A stretch of 62,562 bases of DNA, counting the filler, from Globobulimina sp. (taxonomy: Eukaryota), in the NCBI GenBank assembly GCA_003354225.1. It is 26 parts of 26 records of this genome, joined end to end, with 100 filler letters (N's around TTAATTAATTAA, not from the genome) between each part and the next. Parts side by side here need not be neighbours in the genome. Positions count along the whole stretch, not along the records: positions 57,849 to 60,155 come from PIVH01007484.1; positions 60,256 to 62,562 come from PIVH01007485.1; 24 more parts are not named here. One strand, 5' to 3'. A program made the translations under genes and the position numbers. Every line of letters starts with the position of its first letter. Position 1 is the first letter of the stretch. The notes beneath the pieces are model-generated. The model saw only the letters and a program-made list of their open reading frames with translations. It had not been told where the DNA came from and searched no databases. Of this stretch, positions 58,248-62,562 are shown piece by piece.

Positions 58248-60122
58248 ATGGCTTCGAAAAAATCAGCCACAAACGGCATACACATAAACGTAATATCTAA
58301 TAATATCAACATGGACAAACCCATGCAACAAAACACCGATCCATACCATTCACACTACAAAACACAACCATTGTGTACCAATCCAAGCAACAACAAACCA
58401 ACAAAATCGTTATCGTCAACCTCCTTATCTCGATTATTAGACAATTTACAACCATCACAACAACAACAATTAATAAAAGAAAAGTTGACGCAAAAAATAA
58501 ACACAATGAAACCTACAGAAAGGCATTTAACCACAAATAGAACAAGAATATTACTCTCAAAATTACATAGAAATGAAATATTAAACATATTATACGATGA
58601 AAAGGCATTAAAATGTCAAATAAATGAAATCAAATCTCCTCCATCCACGCCGCCACCATCAAATACGATAAAAACAGCCAATAATAAAAACATGAAAGCT
58701 GCAATATCACCGCTACCAAAATGGCACCAAAACATAAAAAATATCCGCAACAATGACTGGAGAGCAAAATATATCGAATTGGAATCAAAATATAGCCAAA
58801 CAAAAGCAGCTAACATTAAATTAAAAAGCGAATTAAAAGTATCCAAATGGAAATGGTTTGATATTTATGATTGGATATTATCTTTAAATAATTACTATTT
58901 CCACCCATATGCACAACAATTATACGACAACTTGAAAACACAGGATATCGATGGTTTAACTCTGCAGATTTTGAATAAAAACGATTGGAAAAAGTTAGGT
59001 GTTTCCAATTTGAAATGTACCAAAGTGTTACTCCAAGAGGTTCAGAAATTATTTGTACCCAAACAAGACAATCAAGAAAAAAAAGCAAATGTACAAAATG
59101 TCGCTGTGCATAAACATGCTTTGCTGCCAGAAACGGAGGTGTCTAAAATCAAAATCATTGACAGAAAAAGTATATTCATCGTCGGCCTGCCAGCTACAAT
59201 GTGTTGCAATGAATATTTGACATCAATGTTTGCGCGGTTTGGTAGGCTGAAAAAGCACGGCATTGAAATCAGTCCCAGCACGGAAAATATGTCCAAATTT
59301 GTGTTGATGTATTTTTTAGACAAACAGTCTGTAGTTCAAATCATGGATTATGTCAACAATACGTTGGTATTAAAGGACGGCAGAGTTTGCAAAGCGAGGT
59401 TTGGGTACAATTTTTATTGTGCATTTTGGCGGAAATATGGTAAATGTGTCGATGTGGGGTGTAAATGTGTCCATTTTTGGTGCGATGAAAGTGAAATAAT
59501 GACTGATGGAATGATGCAAAGTTTTGCGCAAAAAAGAGTTGGAGTCCAGTACAAATTAGCAATGGCTGCACAGCCTGGAAATAGTATGAATACTCAGAGC
59601 ATTGTCATCACGCCGCAAGCCATCGCACAGCAGATGAAAATCAATGCATTGCAGCAAGAATTGCAACGTATTGGCGCTAATTCTATTGATGCGATAACTG
59701 TATTGAACAAAGCGTTGGAGGACAAAAGAAAGCAATGTGACATTGTGGTGGTGGGATATAAAAAGTTGCAAAGTGACTATGAAGCGTTGCAAGTTAAATA
59801 TTGCGTTTTAGACTCGAAATGTAGTAATTTGTTAGTGGATAATATGGAAATTAATGGGCAGAATGAGAATAATAATATGGATCCGGATTATAGTAATTAT
59901 CGGGAATGGGATTTTAATGCCGTTTATTTGTGGATTGTTAGTTTACAGAATGGATATTTAAGTGAGAAATATAAAATGGTTTATGAGAATTTAGAGATTG
60001 AGGAAATTGATGGGAAATGTTTGGAGAAATTGGATAAAAATGATGTCCATAGGATTGGTATTACTGGTTATAAGGATAAATTATTTTTAATGTCGAATAT
60101 TAAAAAATTAATAAGTATATAA
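58248..60122 (+). CDS. MLLE-like + SAM + Not4-like RRM/CCCH + coiled coil + SAM protein
   Basis: QQQLIKEKL..RILL..EILNILYDEKALKCQINE; two SAM motifs (WxxxDIYDWI/WDFNAVYLWI..IDG); IFIVGLP..FARFGRL..DGRVCKARFGYNFYC..C..C..H. Confidence 0.7.
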   Translation: MASKKSATNGIHINVISNNINMDKPMQQNTDPYHSHYKTQPLCTNPSNNKPTKSLSSTSLSRLLDNLQPSQQQQLIKEKLTQKINTMKPTERHLTTNRTRILLSKLHRNEILNILYDEKALKCQINEIKSPPSTPPPSNTIKTANNKNMKAAISPLPKWHQNIKNIRNNDWRAKYIELESKYSQTKAANIKLKSELKVSKWKWFDIYDWILSLNNYYFHPYAQQLYDNLKTQDIDGLTLQILNKNDWKKLGVSNLKCTKVLLQEVQKLFVPKQDNQEKKANVQNVAVHKHALLPETEVSKIKIIDRKSIFIVGLPATMCCNEYLTSMFARFGRLKKHGIEISPSTENMSKFVLMYFLDKQSVVQIMDYVNNTLVLKDGRVCKARFGYNFYCAFWRKYGKCVDVGCKCVHFWCDESEIMTDGMMQSFAQKRVGVQYKLAMAAQPGNSMNTQSIVITPQAIAQQMKINALQQELQRIGANSIDAITVLNKALEDKRKQCDIVVVGYKKLQSDYEALQVKYCVLDSKCSNLLVDNMEINGQNENNNMDPDYSNYREWDFNAVYLWIVSLQNGYLSEKYKMVYENLEIEEIDGKCLEKLDKNDVHRIGITGYKDKLFLMSNIKKLISI

Positions 60123-60258
60123 TGCGAATATTTGATATATATCTTTCAACTCAATNNNNNNNNNNNNNNNNNNNNNNNNNNNNNNNNNNNNNNNNNNNNT
60201 TAATTAATTAANNNNNNNNNNNNNNNNNNNNNNNNNNNNNNNNNNNNNNNNNNNNGAA

Positions 60259-61047
60259 ATGAATGGTGGAATATTACATAAGTGGATGTTGAAGAGGTTT
60301 GCAGTCAAAATAAGATCCAAACAATATGAGCACGGCTGTTACCAACAAATGGCCCCTGACTCATTGCAGTTTAATTCAACATTTGCATATGACCCAACTT
60401 TGACATTTCAAACAAACTCTCAATTCGAAGACGAAACAGCTGGATATATTGAATCCATTGTGATCGAATATGTGCTGAACCCAGTTTTATGGTACAATAC
60501 CATCCAAAATGCAAATGTTGATCAAAATATTTATAGACAATATGTATGTTCACCGTCTGTCCACTTTAAACTCAATACAATGTATTTGAAGATGCCACGG
60601 AAAATATCAATGTTTGAATGGATTCCGATCAGTCTACAAAGCATTGCCTTAAATGAATTGGAATGTAAACAATATGCATATTTGGGCCTTAATAATATTG
60701 TAATTCGAAGCGATATGTTTGGCGGTAACACCAAAGGAAAAATACATTTCCATTTTCAAAATGAATATATTTGTAATCGATTTGTAGAAACAGTAAAATT
60801 ATATTCTAACATTGGCGAACAAGTTAATTCCGACATTTCTTTGCCAATGTTAGTAAAACGCATTTGTGAAATTGTAAAAAGTGAGAAAGAAACAAACGAA
60901 TTGTTCAAGATTGCGAGGGATGAGTTTTTACCAAAATTGAAAAGAATGCCGCGTATTGGCCGGTTAATTCCCGTCGAGACATTAAAGAATAGATCACCGG
61001 AACAATTATGTGGTTGGTTAGCAAATCTTATAACTGCCAGTATTTGA
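60259..61047 (+). CDS. Eukaryotic hypothetical protein
   Basis: 262-aa ORF; no recognised motif. Confidence 0.6.
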   Translation: MNGGILHKWMLKRFAVKIRSKQYEHGCYQQMAPDSLQFNSTFAYDPTLTFQTNSQFEDETAGYIESIVIEYVLNPVLWYNTIQNANVDQNIYRQYVCSPSVHFKLNTMYLKMPRKISMFEWIPISLQSIALNELECKQYAYLGLNNIVIRSDMFGGNTKGKIHFHFQNEYICNRFVETVKLYSNIGEQVNSDISLPMLVKRICEIVKSEKETNELFKIARDEFLPKLKRMPRIGRLIPVETLKNRSPEQLCGWLANLITASI

Positions 61048-61315
61048 AAAATACAAATTAAACATTCACACATAAAAACACTTGTTTTTCCTAATTTTTT
61101 TAATTTTAAAGATTTCATTTTGAGTTTTGTACTGTGATAAATGCATTGGATATGATTTCTGTTGGAATCAAAAAATCTCCATTGCTATTCCTCAACATGT
61201 TGTACAATAAAATAGATTGTCATCAATATTAATTGCACCTTCATCAACTTTACCACAACGGCCACAAGTTTCAACATCAACAATTGAAAATTTTTGATAA
61301 AAATCTCTGTCTGAT

Positions 61316-62008
61316 CTACCTTTTATATAATGCAATATAATATCTTTTATCCGCATTCAAAACAATCTGTTTAATGAATTTACGTTTATTTCTAAACTGT
61401 TTATAAAAATAAACCATCCAATTATTCAAATCTACTTTTAAAATTATTTTTGATTTTTGCCAGAAATAAGGTTCTTGTGTGCCATCAAAATAGTGCCAGT
61501 CAAAAATCTCACAAAATGGGGGTTCTGTATCAGTGAGAAACGATCGACTCTTTAAATTGCAAGTAACCCCAACTAAACATCTCGCATTATCAAAATATCC
61601 ACGTTCATATAAAACTGCAGCGTATTGAATCCCTGTACAATATCCATCATTCAACTGATAGACAGCATAATTCACTCCGTACGTCGAACTATTTGCAATT
61701 ATTGTTTTGTAGTGATTTGACAATCTCCAACGTCTGGAATTGCAATAATTTATATCAAACCTGTCAACAAATAGTGTGAAATAATAATAAGACAAACAAA
61801 TGCAAATGATTGGATATGGCACAATTGTATTATTCAATTTAGCATATTTTTTAATGAATCCAAATACAATAAAATATGACTGCTTGTCCACTTGATCCAA
61901 ATCATTGAAATTCACGGAAATAAATGATTCCTTGTCGCCATATATTGATCTTGAATTGGCAGAATTGCCGTCATATATTGATCTTGAATTGCCGTTGCAA
62001 GTGCCCAT
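61316..62008 (-). CDS. Hypothetical protein with IVFGFIK..IVP motif and SPRY-like beta domain
   Basis: Same xVxGY/F-x-R/K..VP N-terminal motif as 26535-28070; IILKVDLNNWMVYFYK resembles SPRY-like ends. Confidence 0.6.
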   Translation of the reverse strand: MGTCNGNSRSIYDGNSANSRSIYGDKESFISVNFNDLDQVDKQSYFIVFGFIKKYAKLNNTIVPYPIICICLSYYYFTLFVDRFDINYCNSRRWRLSNHYKTIIANSSTYGVNYAVYQLNDGYCTGIQYAAVLYERGYFDNARCLVGVTCNLKSRSFLTDTEPPFCEIFDWHYFDGTQEPYFWQKSKIILKVDLNNWMVYFYKQFRNKRKFIKQIVLNADKRYYIALYKR

Positions 62009-62117
62009 GACTTTTTTGAATTGCCGTTGCAAGTTTTTTAAAGTTTTTTGCGCCTACATATAGATGACGCACAGCCTAATTTTCTGTAGATGGCGCTATT
62101 TATGATTACATTTATAA

Positions 62118-62562
62118 TTAGCCTATAAATAATATAGTCAAACAAAACGGAATCAGTATAATCCCCATAATGACGGTAATAATGCTTCCGTATGTATTTA
62201 ATTTACACAATTTGGCTTTTTGGTGTGTTGTAGATGTATTTGTTTTCCTTTCAATTGAATAATAAAACAGCCCCGGCAATACCAGAATACTCATTACTGA
62301 GGCTGTTGAGCCTATGATCGCCAAAACAATTCCTAAGTCCTCCACAATCATTGCAATTGTAAATGTAGCTGTCAATATACCAGTGTTTAAAGCATAGAAT
62401 TTTAGATCCGATATCTGCGACGCATTTTTTCTCCAAATCATTGTTGAGATACAATGTCTGCCGGGCGTGCATACCACGGCAAAGCTAAAAGCTACAGCTA
62501 TAGACACACAAATACGCACTAAAGAAACCAATGCAGCAACTCCAAATTCTGCTGATTTTTTA
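62118..62562 (-). CDS. Amino acid transporter (AAAP/SLC38 family), C-terminal part
   Basis: CTPGRHCI..IAMIVEDLGIVLAIIGSTASVMSILVLPGLFY; TM helices. Confidence 0.88.
   Translation of the reverse strand, partial: KKSAEFGVAALVSLVRICVSIAVAFSFAVVCTPGRHCISTMIWRKNASQISDLKFYALNTGILTATFTIAMIVEDLGIVLAIIGSTASVMSILVLPGLFYYSIERKTNTSTTHQKAKLCKLNTYGSIITVIMGIILIPFCLTILFIG

Noticed and set aside
2314-60255. Regularly spaced TTAATTAATTAA repeat every ~2.41 kb (CRISPR, telomere or nanochromosome-like)
   Set aside because: Always flanked by 44 N on each side and has stops in six frames; it is an artificial concatenation linker.
3044-62472. Numerous 60-170 aa antisense and alternate-frame ORFs in the track
   Set aside because: They overlap well-supported genes, lack motifs, or run into N linkers.
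4771-62531. Alternative nuclear genetic code in the eukaryote
   Set aside because: Long genes are open under the standard code, end in TAA, TAG or TGA, and most breaks are explained by GT-AG introns.

Overview
This window is not contiguous DNA. It is 26 unrelated contigs of about 2.31 kb, sorted by decreasing length and joined by an identical 100-nt artificial linker (44 N + TTAATTAATTAA + 44 N), so there is no synteny across linkers. Most contigs come from an AT-rich eukaryote with short GT-AG introns and very short intergenic spacers. The gene-family repertoire suggests a foraminiferan/rhizarian single-cell assembly (inference). Eukaryotic genes include two P450s, VAC14, SCAPER, LSm1, Pol I/III AC19, an M1 aminopeptidase, a PARP, a cyclophilin, a G8 protein, a Cid1-like TUTase, a RhoGAP-Sec14 fusion, an eIF2a kinase, many SAM proteins and a Penelope-like GIY-YIG retroelement. 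Three whole contigs and part of a fourth are bacterial. Highlights: (1) an integron cassette array with two clear attC sites, carrying a DUF6602 nuclease-like cassette and an HTH+TIR cassette (candidate anti-phage genes); (2) two members of an apparently expanded eukaryotic toxin-type ADP-ribosyltransferase-like family; (3) a bacterial secreted NlpC/P60-like gene that reads through an in-frame TAG; (4) two paralogs of a strongly conserved family I cannot assign; (5) an atypical Rac with substituted catalytic residues and a hydrophobic extension; (6) several unusual RNA-binding domain architectures.
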